Source: Treponemataceae bacterium (GTDB lineage: Bacteria; Spirochaetota; Spirochaetia; Treponematales; Rectinemataceae). Taken from it: 64,000 bases of DNA. This document shows, in pieces, positions 38,908 to 52,741 of the stretch (positions are counted from its first letter, which is position 1; every line of letters starts with the position of its first letter). The DNA lies in the NCBI GenBank assembly GCA_963667725.2, contig CAXXHO010000003.1, positions 2,080,001 through 2,144,000 on the forward strand. Direction: 5' to 3'. A model generated the notes under the pieces. That model was not told where the DNA came from and searched no databases. It saw only the letters and a list, made by a program, of their open reading frames with translations. The translations under genes and the position numbers were made by a program.

Positions 38908-40143
38908 ATGACCATACCTACCATAAAGCTTAAGCCGAGGGAAGAGATTCGCATCCGCCATGGGCATCCCTGGATTTACGATAACGAAATCGCGCTGGTG
39001 GAAGGCAATCCTGAAGCCGGAGCAGAAGTAAGCGCCCTGGATTCCAGAGGCAAGCCTTTGGGATTCGGATTTTACAATCCCGTTTCCAAGATACGCGTGC
39101 GTCTTTTTTCCAGAAGCTCGGTCAAGGCGGATAAGGAATTTTTCGTCGAGGCTTTCAGGACAGCCCTGGCATGGAGGGCGCGATTTTTCGATACGGAAAA
39201 GCAGAGTTTCCGCGCCGTATTCGGAGAGGCCGATTCAGTGCCTGGGCTGATTGTGGATCTCTTTACGGGGATCTCGGAGGGCGATGCTTCGACTGCCGGC
39301 TCTGAACCCGGTCTGCCGGGGCGCTGGCTTTCCACCCAATTCCTGAGCCTTGGCGTTGAGCGGCGAAAGACGGAGATCATCGCCGCGCTTCAGGAAGTGT
39401 TTTCTCCCGATGGCATAGCGGAACGCTCCGACGCGCCCGTGCGGGCTCTGGAGGGGCTGGCCCCATCATCAGGCGTGATTGCCGGCTCGGTCCCGCAATC
39501 GATAATCATGGATGAAAATGGCGCCAAGTTCTCGATAGATATAGCGGGAGGACAAAAGACGGGCTGGTTCCTGGACCAGAGGGCTAACCGCGCCGCGGCG
39601 GCCCGCTTCGCCGCGGGCAAGACCGTCCTGGACGTCTTCTGCAACCAGGGCGGCTTCGGCATCCTCTGCGCGCTTTCCGGCGCGAAGAGCGTTACCGCGG
39701 TCGATTCCTCGACAGGAGCCCTGGCCGCCGCGTCGCTCAACGCGAGGCTCAATGGCGTCGCCTCAACCTTCGCCACGGTCGAGGCCAATGCCTTTGACCA
39801 TCTCAGGGCGCTCGAAAAAAGCGGCTCGAAATTCGATCTCGTCATCCTCGATCCGCCGGCTTTCGCCAAAAGCCGTTCGGCGGTGGAAGCCGCCTATCGC
39901 GGCTACAAGGAAATCAACGTGAGGGCGATGCGGCTCCTCGGCCACGGCGGCATCCTCGTCACCTGTTCCTGTTCGCATTGGTTCGACGAAAATCTTTTCG
40001 ATTCGATGCTCGCCGATGCCGCTTTCGATTGCGGGCGCCGCTTCCGCGTCGTGGAAGACCGCGCGCAGGATCTGGATCACCCCATCATTTCGGGATATGG
40101 CGAATCGCGCTATCTCAAGTGCAGGATACTCGAGGTTCTATAG
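38908..40143 (+). CDS. rlmI: RlmI-family SAM-dependent rRNA methyltransferase (PUA domain)
   Basis: GHPWIYDNE, GEADSVPGLIVD, GQKTGWFLDQR, ILDPPAFAK, TCSCS, DHP. Confidence 0.88.
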   Translation: MTIPTIKLKPREEIRIRHGHPWIYDNEIALVEGNPEAGAEVSALDSRGKPLGFGFYNPVSKIRVRLFSRSSVKADKEFFVEAFRTALAWRARFFDTEKQSFRAVFGEADSVPGLIVDLFTGISEGDASTAGSEPGLPGRWLSTQFLSLGVERRKTEIIAALQEVFSPDGIAERSDAPVRALEGLAPSSGVIAGSVPQSIIMDENGAKFSIDIAGGQKTGWFLDQRANRAAAARFAAGKTVLDVFCNQGGFGILCALSGAKSVTAVDSSTGALAAASLNARLNGVASTFATVEANAFDHLRALEKSGSKFDLVILDPPAFAKSRSAVEAAYRGYKEINVRAMRLLGHGGILVTCSCSHWFDENLFDSMLADAAFDCGRRFRVVEDRAQDLDHPIISGYGESRYLKCRILEVL

Positions 40144-40428
40144 CACCATCGTCTTCGACACTTCCTCGAGATAGACCCCGAAGAGGCGCGAGAGCTGCGA
40201 GGCATCCGTGTATCTGGTGCCGGCCTTGGTGTTAAAATAATCGATGAAGGCTTTCATCTCATCGGGCTTTTTAGAATATAGAGCCGAAGAAAAAGCGGCC
40301 CTGTACAGCCCCTTCTCCGCCAGCTCCATCGTGCTCAGCTTTCCGAATTCCTTTTTCGCCTTTCCGTCGACGACGGCGACCGCCCCTTCAAAACCTATGG
40401 CGAATATAAAGTCTTCCCTTGTGATCAA
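40138..40428 (-). CDS. Hypothetical protein (96 aa)
   Basis: GGAG SD then TTG; protein-like composition, no motif recognised. Confidence 0.7.
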   Translation of the reverse strand: MITREDFIFAIGFEGAVAVVDGKAKKEFGKLSTMELAEKGLYRAAFSSALYSKKPDEMKAFIDYFNTKAGTRYTDASQLSRLFGVYLEEVSKTMVL

Positions 40429-40486
40429 GATACTATCTCCCCCGCGCTTGCGGCATTCGGCAATGTTGCGGCGCGACCACCGCCTG

Positions 40487-40522
40487 AAAAATAAAAAATG
40501 GGGGCCCGACGAAGGCCCCCAT
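40487..40522 (-). terminator. Intrinsic terminator after rubredoxin
   Basis: ATGGGGGCC/GGCCCCCAT stem followed by a T tract on the minus strand. Confidence 0.85.
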
Positions 40523-40545
40523 AAGTATACCGCGACGTTCGACGC

Positions 40546-40707
40546 TTAGTCAGCGGGGGAGAATGAATCCTTCCCAGCTCCGCACATCGGGCAAACCCAA
40601 TCGTCGGGAAGGCTTTCGAAAGAGGTTCCCGCGGGAATCTTGCCATCGGCATCGCCTTCGGCCGGATCATAGATGTAGCCGCACACTTCGCAAACATACT
40701 TCTTCAT
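40546..40707 (-). CDS. Rubredoxin (53 aa, below ORF-track cutoff)
   Basis: Own translation: [61 protein letters not shown]. Confidence 0.97.
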   Translation of the reverse strand: MKKYVCEVCGYIYDPAEGDADGKIPAGTSFESLPDDWVCPMCGAGKDSFSPAD

Positions 40708-40738
40708 ATTTTCTCCTTATAGTGGGATATGATGAGCT

Positions 40739-41113
40739 TCAGGCCTTCCACAGGCCATGGAGATTGCAGTATTCGCGCGCCGTGGCTTTTTCCGCCTTGA
40801 TGGGGAAGAAGGCCCTGGGCTGATCTCCGGGCTTCAGTTCAGCCCTGCATACCTTGTCTCCGGCGATGAGTTCGATCCACTGAATATAATGCTTTTCCTC
40901 CATGGGATGAAGCACGGAGCCCACGGTTACCCACCAGCCTTCCGCGGATTTTTCCAGAACGGGAACATGTTTTTCCTTGGATGCGTCGACGGTGTTCTCA
41001 ACCACGAGCTTCATCGGCTTCCCGCAGCAGATGAGTTCGCCTCCGCCGGCGAAAAGCACTTCCACTATATTGCCGCATTCTTCGCATTTGTAAATCTGTT
41101 TCTTCTCGATCAT
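40739..41113 (-). CDS. dfx: Desulfoferrodoxin (2Fe superoxide reductase)
   Basis: [35 protein letters not shown]. Confidence 0.96.
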   Translation of the reverse strand: MIEKKQIYKCEECGNIVEVLFAGGGELICCGKPMKLVVENTVDASKEKHVPVLEKSAEGWWVTVGSVLHPMEEKHYIQWIELIAGDKVCRAELKPGDQPRAFFPIKAEKATAREYCNLHGLWKA

Positions 41114-41158
41114 GATATCCTCCTACGAAAGGTAAGGAGCGATTCGACGGCAGCTGGA

Positions 41159-41734
41159 TTACCAGTTTTCGCCGAGCACTTCAAAATAGGACTGGGGATG
41201 GGCGCAGGCGGGGCAGACCTTGGGGGCGCTTTCGCCTTCATAGATGAATCCGCAGTTGATGCACCTCCAGACGGTCGGCTTGTCCTTCTTGAATACGCTG
41301 CCGGCGTCGATGTTGGCGGCCAGCCCTTCATAGCGTTTCGCGTGCTGTTTTTCGGCGACGGCGATCATCTCGAATACCGTCGCGATGGCGTCAAAACCTT
41401 CCTCGCGGGCAACCTTGGCGAATCCAGGATACATTTCCTTCCATTCGTAGTTTTCGCCGCCGGCGGCTTCCTCGAGGTTCTGCCTCGTCGTTCCGATGAT
41501 CCCAGAGGGGAAAGTTCCCGTGATCGTGGCGGTTCCCCCTTCCATAAACTTGAAAAGCCTTTTGGCGTGCTCTTTTTCCTGATTCGCGGTTTCTTCGAAT
41601 ATAAGGGAGATCTGAACGTAGCCTTCTTCCTTGGCTTTCGAGGCAAAATACGTATATCGGTTTCTTGCCTGGGATTCCCCGGCAAATCCTGCCATCAAAT
41701 TGATTTCGGTCTTCGAGCCTTTGATACTTTTCAT
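41159..41734 (-). CDS. rbr: Rubrerythrin
   Basis: FAGESQARNRY, EKEHA, EKQH, WRCINCG..CPACAHP. Confidence 0.96.
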   Translation of the reverse strand: MKSIKGSKTEINLMAGFAGESQARNRYTYFASKAKEEGYVQISLIFEETANQEKEHAKRLFKFMEGGTATITGTFPSGIIGTTRQNLEEAAGGENYEWKEMYPGFAKVAREEGFDAIATVFEMIAVAEKQHAKRYEGLAANIDAGSVFKKDKPTVWRCINCGFIYEGESAPKVCPACAHPQSYFEVLGENW

Positions 41735-41813
41735 TTCCGACCTCCTGGATCAGTTTTGGATAGTTGATGATAGCCTGAAGTCAACGCTCCGTCAGTATGC
41801 ACAGTATAAAGCC

Positions 41814-41842
41814 ATTATATCGGCTTTGGAATATCATCGCAA
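41814..41842 (-). promoter_or_regulatory. Sigma70-type promoter of rbr-dfx-rubredoxin
   Basis: TTGCGA-N17-TATAAT. Confidence 0.7.
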
Positions 41843-41915
41843 TAAAATTACCGGGTTTTATGAGAAATAGAATCGCCAGTCCCGTCTATGCGCGTAGTGA
41901 GGGTGGAGCGTGCCA

Positions 41916-42638
41916 ATGGAAACAAATTATGTCCTGGAGAAGAGACCTTCGGATAGTCAGGGTAAGGAAATGGGAAAGGGCAAGCGCGAGCCGGATGTCC
42001 GAGAAAGGATCCTGCGGGACGGGCCGCGCTCGCTGGCAGACCGCGAGCTTCTCGCGGCCGTGTTGGGTTCAGGCTGCATGGGCAAATCCGTAAGAACCCT
42101 CTCCCACGATGTGCTGAGGGTCATCGAGACGGGAACGCCGGAACTGGATATCAACAAGCTCCGAAAGGTGTCGGGCATGGGCGATGCCAAGGTCTGCGCG
42201 ATAGCGGCGGCCATCGAACTGGGGAGGCGCTTTTACGCCATCAAGGACAAGCGCATCGCGATGCCCAAGGATATTTTCCCTCTTATCTCCCACTTCGCCG
42301 ACAGGAAGCAGGAGCACTTTCTCTGCATTTCCCTGAACGGAGCGCATGAGGTAATCTCGGCCCGGCAGGTCACCTCGGGCCTCGTCAATAAAACAGTCGT
42401 GCATCCAAGGGAAATCTTTGCCGATCCCATAACGGATAGGGCTTGCGCCATCGTCGTGGCCCACAATCATCCCTCCGGGAACGTAGAGCCTTCAAAGGAG
42501 GATATCGATATCACGAAGCGCCTGAGAGATGCGGGCGACGTGTTGGGCATTCCCCTTCTCGATCATCTGGTCTTCTGTCAGAACGCTTATTATAGTTTTG
42601 TCGAACATGGATTGATCGCTCCCTTCATCGGGGAATGA
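41916..42638 (+). CDS. radC: RadC-family JAB domain protein
   Basis: GPRSLADRELLA, VHPREIF, AHNHPSG, LLDHLV. Confidence 0.94.
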   Translation: METNYVLEKRPSDSQGKEMGKGKREPDVRERILRDGPRSLADRELLAAVLGSGCMGKSVRTLSHDVLRVIETGTPELDINKLRKVSGMGDAKVCAIAAAIELGRRFYAIKDKRIAMPKDIFPLISHFADRKQEHFLCISLNGAHEVISARQVTSGLVNKTVVHPREIFADPITDRACAIVVAHNHPSGNVEPSKEDIDITKRLRDAGDVLGIPLLDHLVFCQNAYYSFVEHGLIAPFIGE

Positions 42639-42646
42639 TAGCCGCT

Positions 42647-42684
42647 AAAAATGAGGCCGCCCAGATAATCCGAGCGGCCCGCAT
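42647..42684 (-). terminator. Probable intrinsic terminator between convergent radC and SPT-like gene
   Basis: GGCCGCTCGGA/TCTGGGCGGCC stem then CATTTTT on the minus strand. Confidence 0.6.
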
Positions 42685-42718
42685 TCTGTTACGTCGTTAA
42701 AAAAGTTCGGTATCCGGA

Positions 42719-43897
42719 TCAGATGATGCCGAGTTTTTTCCCCGCTTTCTCGAATACGCCGAGGACTGTCTCGAGCTGATCGCGCGTATGCGTCGCCATA
42801 TAGGAAGTCCTCAGGAGAGCCATGCCCTGGGGCACGGCGGGAGAAACGACAGGGTTACAGTAGACACCGCTATCGAAGAGCTCCTTCCAGAGCAGGAAGC
42901 AGGTTTGGTCATCGCCAACGATAATGGGGATGATAGGGGTCTGCGTGGCGCCAATATTGAAGCCGAGCTCACGGTAGCCTTTCAGCATGAAGCTCGCGTT
43001 CTCCCATAGCTTTTCAAGATGCCAGGGCTCGGTTTCCATCACTTCAAGCGCGGCGGCCGCGGCCATGGCGTTGGGGGCGGGAAGCGACGCCGAGAAAATG
43101 AATGAACGGGCATTGTGCTTTATGTAATTCACGACATCCTTGTCGCCCGCCACGAAGCCTCCAAGGGAGGCAAAGCTCTTCGAGAAGGTACCCATGGTAA
43201 GGTCTACTTCCTTGGTGAGGCCAAAATGCCAAGCGGTGCCATGGCCCCCGCCCAGGACGCCGAGGGAATGGGCATCGTCCACGTAGAGTCTCGTTCCATG
43301 CTTTTTGCAGACGGACACGAGCTTAGGCAGGTCGACAATGTCGCCGCCCATGGAAAAGACTCCATCCACCACGACCATTGTGCCCTTATCATCGGAAATC
43401 TTGGCGAGAATTCTGTCGAGCTGATCCAGATCGCCGTGCACGAAGCGCTTGATCTCGCCCATGCCCAGCCTGCAGGCATCGACGATGGAGGCATGGTCAT
43501 CCTTGTCGGTGATGACCACGTCGTTACGTCCGATGAGGGAGGAAATCGCGCCCAGGTTCGTCTGCATGCCGGTGGAGAATACCAGGGCGGAATCCTTGCC
43601 CAGGAATCGGGCAAGTCTTTCCTCCAGTTCAATATGCAGCTTCAGGGTTCCATTCAGAAAGCGGCTGCCCGTACAGGAGGGACCGAATTCCTCTAGCGCC
43701 TTCATGGCCGCGGCCCTTACCTTAGGATGGGTCGTAAGCCCGAGGTAATTGTTCGAACCGATCATGATGATCTTCCGGCCTTGATAGGAAACAACCGTTC
43801 CTTCCATGCCGTCGAGCTCCTGGAAATAGGGATAGATTCCCCTTTCCATGGCCTTCTTGTCGAGATCGTACGCAAAACATTTTTGGAAGATGTCCAT
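42719..43897 (-). CDS. Alpha-oxoamine synthase family PLP enzyme, serine palmitoyltransferase-like
   Basis: GIYPYF, GSNNYLGL, GSRFLNGT, DHASIVD, VDGVFSMGGD, DDAHSLG, GTFSKS. Confidence 0.85.
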   Translation of the reverse strand: MDIFQKCFAYDLDKKAMERGIYPYFQELDGMEGTVVSYQGRKIIMIGSNNYLGLTTHPKVRAAAMKALEEFGPSCTGSRFLNGTLKLHIELEERLARFLGKDSALVFSTGMQTNLGAISSLIGRNDVVITDKDDHASIVDACRLGMGEIKRFVHGDLDQLDRILAKISDDKGTMVVVDGVFSMGGDIVDLPKLVSVCKKHGTRLYVDDAHSLGVLGGGHGTAWHFGLTKEVDLTMGTFSKSFASLGGFVAGDKDVVNYIKHNARSFIFSASLPAPNAMAAAAALEVMETEPWHLEKLWENASFMLKGYRELGFNIGATQTPIIPIIVGDDQTCFLLWKELFDSGVYCNPVVSPAVPQGMALLRTSYMATHTRDQLETVLGVFEKAGKKLGII

Positions 43898-44013
43898 ATA
43901 GGACCTCCGGGACCGCGCTAGAGTTGATCCCCGCGCGGAGAATTGGCCATCACCGGATGATGCCGGGACGGCTCAGGGCACGGGCCGTTTTTCATCGCCT
44001 TCGTGCGCCTATC

Positions 44014-44043
44014 ATTCTACCGGGGATACAGCCGCAGGGTCAA
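44014..44043 (-). promoter_or_regulatory. Sigma70-type promoter of the SPT-like gene
   Basis: TTGACC-N18-TAGAAT. Confidence 0.6.
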
Positions 44044-44099
44044 TTGCGTATTCTGGAATGAAATGCCGTCGATTCGCCGCCGGAATACTCCCTCGTCCG

Positions 44100-44831
44100 C
44101 TATTTCTTCCTCAGGGGCCTGAAGACGGTTTTAAGGATTGTCGATATTGTCGATGTCTTCTGTTTCTGCGTAGGCGCAAGCGGAACGCCGGAGAAGGAAA
44201 AGACATCCTTTTCGTTTCCAGCCACAAGGAGGAGGTCATGAGTAACCAACCTGTAATCCCGGTCGAAATTTCTGTAGACGCTGGTATTCTCGGATCGTAT
44301 GGCGATCACGTTGATGCCTTTTTTTTGCCTCAGGTCAGCTTCTATGATTGTTTTGCCGGTCAAATATTCCGGAACCTTCACTTCAGCCATGACGAGTTCT
44401 CCGCCTATGGGCATGAAGTTGTAAAGCGACGTGGACAGGACAAGGGGTACGATGCGCGCGGCAGCCTCGCGGTCAGAATTTACCACTCTTGTCGCGCCGA
44501 TGACCTTCAGTATCTCGCTTCTCTCGTCGGACTCGGATTTTACGATTATTTCTTCCACGCCCAGCTTCTTCAGCCTATGCGTCACCAGCAGCGAAGCCTC
44601 GATGTCCGAGGAAAAATCCACCACCGCGACATCGACCGCTTCGGGAAGTATTCTCTGCAGGGATTCCTCATCGAGGACATCAGCGATATAGGCGGTTTTC
44701 ACCATATCCTTGACTCTATCGATGAGGAGGGGATCCTTGTCTATCACGACGATTTGATCGGTGACCTGGGAGATGCTCTCGAGCATGCTCATCGCTAAGG
44801 GACCTAATCCAATAAACGCGTAGTGCCTCAT
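44100..44831 (-). CDS. TrkA/KtrA potassium uptake regulatory subunit
   Basis: FIGLG Rossmann start, ILKVIGATRVV, RCK_C GKTIIEADLRQKKGINVIAI. Confidence 0.9.
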   Translation of the reverse strand: MRHYAFIGLGPLAMSMLESISQVTDQIVVIDKDPLLIDRVKDMVKTAYIADVLDEESLQRILPEAVDVAVVDFSSDIEASLLVTHRLKKLGVEEIIVKSESDERSEILKVIGATRVVNSDREAAARIVPLVLSTSLYNFMPIGGELVMAEVKVPEYLTGKTIIEADLRQKKGINVIAIRSENTSVYRNFDRDYRLVTHDLLLVAGNEKDVFSFSGVPLAPTQKQKTSTISTILKTVFRPLRKK

Positions 44832-44847
44832 GGGAACCTCCGAACAA

Positions 44848-46167
44848 TCAAATCAGGATATCGGCAGAAGGGAGTTTGGCATATCCTTCGACATCCCTGT
44901 CCGTTTTAGGGAGCGCTAAGGCGAAAAGCCCCACCCTGCCAATGAACATGGTCATTATCAGGACGATTTTTGATACGGTATGAAGGGAAGCGGTGACATT
45001 ATTGCTCAATCCTACCGTACCGAAGGCGGATAACGTCTCGAATAGGACATCCATCAAAGGAAGGCCGTGGTTCGCTTGAATTTCCGCGGTGACGATGATG
45101 ACGGAACCGAAAAGTACGATAATGATTGCCTTTATAACGATACCCACAGCCTTATACACCGTTCGCGGCATGATGTTTCGGCCTTCATGGCTGATCTGGT
45201 CGCTTCCGTCCTTGTAGCGCAGGGCGGTCATCAGAAGTATGAAGAAGGTGGTGGTTTTTACGCCGCCTCCCGTAGACGCGGGCGATGCGCCGATGAACAT
45301 GAGGATCATCGTAAGCAGCTGTGATCCTGAGCTGAGGCTGGTCTGGGCTATCGTATCGAAGCCCGCGGTTCTTGGCGTGATCGCCTGAAACAGGCTTGCC
45401 ATTATCTTCTGCGGGATGCTGAGATTCCGCATCGAAGCGCCATACTCGAGAATGAAAAAAATGATCGCCCCAAGGACGATGAGCGCCGCAGATGTTCTCA
45501 ACACTATCGTAGAATGATAAGAGAGATGCCTTTTCGCGCCGGTCAGGTATTTTCGCAGATCCTTGATGACGATGAAGCCTATGCCGCCCACTACGATCAA
45601 CAGCATCGTGGTAAAATTGATGACGGGATCCCCGACGAACGATTCAAGATTGTTGGAAAAAGTTGAAAAACCCGCGTTGCAGAATGCGGAAACGGCGTGG
45701 AAGAGCCCATAGAACAGCGGATAACCAAGAGCGTAAAACCGCAGACAATAGACAACGGCGCCAATGCCTTCAAATACAAAGGTATATTTAAGAATAGCCC
45801 GAATGATTACTTTAGGCTGATACTCCACTTCCGGAAGCGTATAATCTCCGACAACGCCTTTGCCGAACATTGAAATCCTGCGACGAGGCGATGCCAGGTA
45901 AAGTGTCCCGAAGGTTATGATGCCGAGACCACCCGTCTGGATGAGAATCATGATGATGATGTGGCCCAAGCGACTGAACTGGGCGGTATCCACGGTTATG
46001 AGTCCCGTGACGCAGACGGCGCTTGTCGAGGTGAAAAGAGCGTCGATGTAGCTTATTTTGCTGGCGGAAAATACGCCAGGCAAGGAAAGGAGGATTGATC
46101 CGATAGCGATGACCGAGATGAAGAAAGAGAAAATTAGAATTTTGTCCCGGCCAATTCTGATATTCAA
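44848..46167 (-). CDS. TrkH/KtrB potassium uptake membrane subunit
   Basis: TSAVCVTGL, SAFCNAGF, TPRTAGF, STGGGVKTTT, SAFGTVGLS, MFIGRVG; TTG start after GGAG inferred. Confidence 0.93.
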   Translation of the reverse strand: MNIRIGRDKILIFSFFISVIAIGSILLSLPGVFSASKISYIDALFTSTSAVCVTGLITVDTAQFSRLGHIIIMILIQTGGLGIITFGTLYLASPRRRISMFGKGVVGDYTLPEVEYQPKVIIRAILKYTFVFEGIGAVVYCLRFYALGYPLFYGLFHAVSAFCNAGFSTFSNNLESFVGDPVINFTTMLLIVVGGIGFIVIKDLRKYLTGAKRHLSYHSTIVLRTSAALIVLGAIIFFILEYGASMRNLSIPQKIMASLFQAITPRTAGFDTIAQTSLSSGSQLLTMILMFIGASPASTGGGVKTTTFFILLMTALRYKDGSDQISHEGRNIMPRTVYKAVGIVIKAIIIVLFGSVIIVTAEIQANHGLPLMDVLFETLSAFGTVGLSNNVTASLHTVSKIVLIMTMFIGRVGLFALALPKTDRDVEGYAKLPSADILI

Positions 46168-46272
46168 GGCATTGACTCCAGCCAAGGATAATACCACTAC
46201 GCGTTGTGCGAAGCTATGGGGGGTTCTTTCGATAGGGTGGGCAATCGGCGTCAAGGCAGGCAGGGTCTCATA

Positions 46273-46310
46273 TATTCAAAAGGCTCTCCCGAAGGAGAGC
46301 CCTTTGAATA
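46273..46310 (-). terminator. rRNA operon terminator
   Basis: TATTCAAA-GGGCTCTCC/GGAGAGCC-TTTTGAATA long hairpin just after 5S. Confidence 0.8.
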
Positions 46311-46317
46311 AAAAAAA

Positions 46318-46429
<112 letters not shown>

Positions 46430-46601
46430 ATAATTACCTGAAAGAAAGGGAAGAAGGAAAGCAAAAAGAGCCTTTCTTCATCAAGGGAAGCAGTGCGTAT
46501 CTTGAATTCATCATCGATCGGCCGCCGTATTGCATGCAGCGCGCACTCGTATCATAGAAAAGCGACAAGATTGCTCTTTGTTAAAAAAGTGAAGGATAAT
46601 A

Positions 46602-49579
<2,978 letters not shown>

Positions 49580-49702
49580 ATTATGCTTCACTCTTTATCG
49601 CTTCTTGATATCGTTTTCATTTGCTCATTCCTCAAAGCTATAAACCAACCTACTCCTAGATCAGTCACTTTAAGAAATGTGCCTGCTTCCCTTCCCTCAT
49701 TA

Positions 49703-49714
49703 TGTAAAAGAACA
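49703..49714 (-). promoter_or_regulatory. boxA-like antitermination element in the rRNA spacer
   Basis: TGTTCTTTTACA versus consensus TGCTCTTTAACA. Confidence 0.55.
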
Positions 49715-49751
49715 TTCGAGCGTTCCACGTGTGGCCACGCGGGCCGCCTCG

Positions 49752-49825
49752 TGGAGATAGGGGGACTCGAACCCCCGACCTACGGCTTGCAAAGCCGCCG
49801 CTCTAGCCAACTGAGCTATATCCCC
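49752..49825 (-). tRNA. tRNA-Ala(TGC) in the 16S-23S spacer
   Basis: GGGGATA/TATCTCC acceptor with G3-U70, anticodon TGC. Confidence 0.97.
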
Positions 49826-49975
49826 GTTGGTTTCACGAACTGGTATAAAAAAAGGAATAGGATAGAAAGAGGTTTGGGAGAGCGCCCTGTCACGAGACGC
49901 TCAAAGTATTACTGCCTTGTATATGATCGTGTACCGTAGTGTGAAGCTTGCGCCTCACGGTCGATACCCTTCTCA

Positions 49976-51515
<1,540 letters not shown>

Positions 51516-51863
51516 ATATTCCAACAGGCTTGCGCCTGCAGGATATCATAAAGAATTTATCTTCGTTGCCAAAGCTAACAAGCTTCGACAACCGGCATTC
51601 GATACTTCACCGACCATTCACTGGCGCAAATGATCGATTTTGCCGATCTCACTTCCGTGAAATCAGCCACGCACAACTCGCTAGAGTTGTGCGCCACCAA
51701 TCGCTTGTGGCGATTGGTGCCTTACCTCTTTCTATCCCTTCCCTATTTACTGTGGTAGATCCCTCGGCTATTCGCCTCAAACCGCTTTGCGGCCTTCGGT
51801 TTTCGCCTCCCGCCCCTTTGGTCCGCCGTGGTTTCCCGCAGCCTTCCCCCAGAGCGCTCGATG

Positions 51864-51893
51864 AAGGTAGCAAACTTCGCTACCTTTTGTCAA
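51864..51893 (-). promoter_or_regulatory. rRNA promoter P2
   Basis: TTGACA-N18-TACCTT with extended TG. Confidence 0.65.
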
Positions 51894-51988
51894 GAGCGAT
51901 TTTTCTTTTTCCGCTCTTTTGCAAATTTTGCTGTTTTGTAGCAATCCTTGCTTTTTCGTTTCGTACATCGCTGCACGTCGCGAGGAGG

Positions 51989-52017
51989 ACATTAACGGTT
52001 TGGACAAAGTTCGTCAA
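51989..52017 (-). promoter_or_regulatory. rRNA promoter P1
   Basis: TTGACG-N17-TAATGT with upstream A/T tracts (UP-like). Confidence 0.65.
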
Positions 52018-52058
52018 TAGAAAAGGCGAAAAAATTTAGGAAAATTCGTTCAATGGCT

Positions 52059-52625
52059 CTACGCCGTCAGTTTCCTGTACTGCGCAAGATAGTCGATGAA
52101 GGAAAGAATCGACAGGAGACCGGCGATTATGAAGGCCGCGAGAACGATGACTTTGAGTGCGGGGATAAGGTCAGCCAAGATCGAAAGGCGTTCCAGGCTC
52201 ACGAGAAGCAGGGCGAGCATTCCGGAGGTCATATAGAGGCCGGCCTTGAGCTTGCCCCCCGGTCTGGCGCCCATGGCTATACCCTTGGAGCTCAGGATCA
52301 TCCTGAGGAAGGAAATGCTGAATTCCCTGTAGAGGATGATGAGGAATACCCATAGAGGCATTATGCCGCTGAAGGCGAAACAGGTAAAATAGGTGATCCG
52401 CGCGAGGACATCGGCGAAGGGATCGAAAAGCTTGCCGAAATCGCTGACTTGCTTCGAGGAGCGGGCGACCTTGCCGTCCACCAGATCGCTGATCTCTATG
52501 ATCCAGAAAAGGATCCAGAGCAGGATGATCGTCGGTAGAGCCGGCAACAGGGGATATCGATATAATATGAAGAATAGCGGAGCCAGGATGATACGGCTCA
52601 ACGTAACTTTATCTGCCATGGTCAT
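52059..52625 (-). CDS. pgsA: CDP-diacylglycerol--glycerol-3-phosphate 3-phosphatidyltransferase
   Basis: ADKVTLSRI, SDLVDGKVAR..VSDFGKLFDPFAD, YREF, GGKLK. Confidence 0.88.
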   Translation of the reverse strand: MTMADKVTLSRIILAPLFFILYRYPLLPALPTIILLWILFWIIEISDLVDGKVARSSKQVSDFGKLFDPFADVLARITYFTCFAFSGIMPLWVFLIILYREFSISFLRMILSSKGIAMGARPGGKLKAGLYMTSGMLALLLVSLERLSILADLIPALKVIVLAAFIIAGLLSILSFIDYLAQYRKLTA

Positions 52626-52631
52626 GTAGCC

Positions 52632-52672
52632 AGAATACGGATTTGACAGGCCGTATGTCAAGGTTGTAATAT
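52632..52672. promoter_or_regulatory. Overlapping divergent promoters on a TTGACA-N7-TGTCAA palindrome
   Basis: Plus: TTGACA(52643)-N18-TAATAT; minus: TTGACA(52661)-N18-TATTCT. Confidence 0.6.
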
Positions 52673-52741
52673 TAGATGATTTTGCATATATAATATAGAA
52701 AAAAGTAGCGATGAAACGGCGATCGAACGGAGATACAGCGC

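Noticed and set aside
41916..42638. radC as a marker of a mobile element
   Set aside because: Full-length chromosomal form with N-terminal HhH region; no integrase, transposase or att repeats nearby
43898..44010. Structured 5' leader and 25-codon uORF upstream of the SPT-like gene
   Set aside because: Weak SD, no informative codons and no riboswitch consensus recognised
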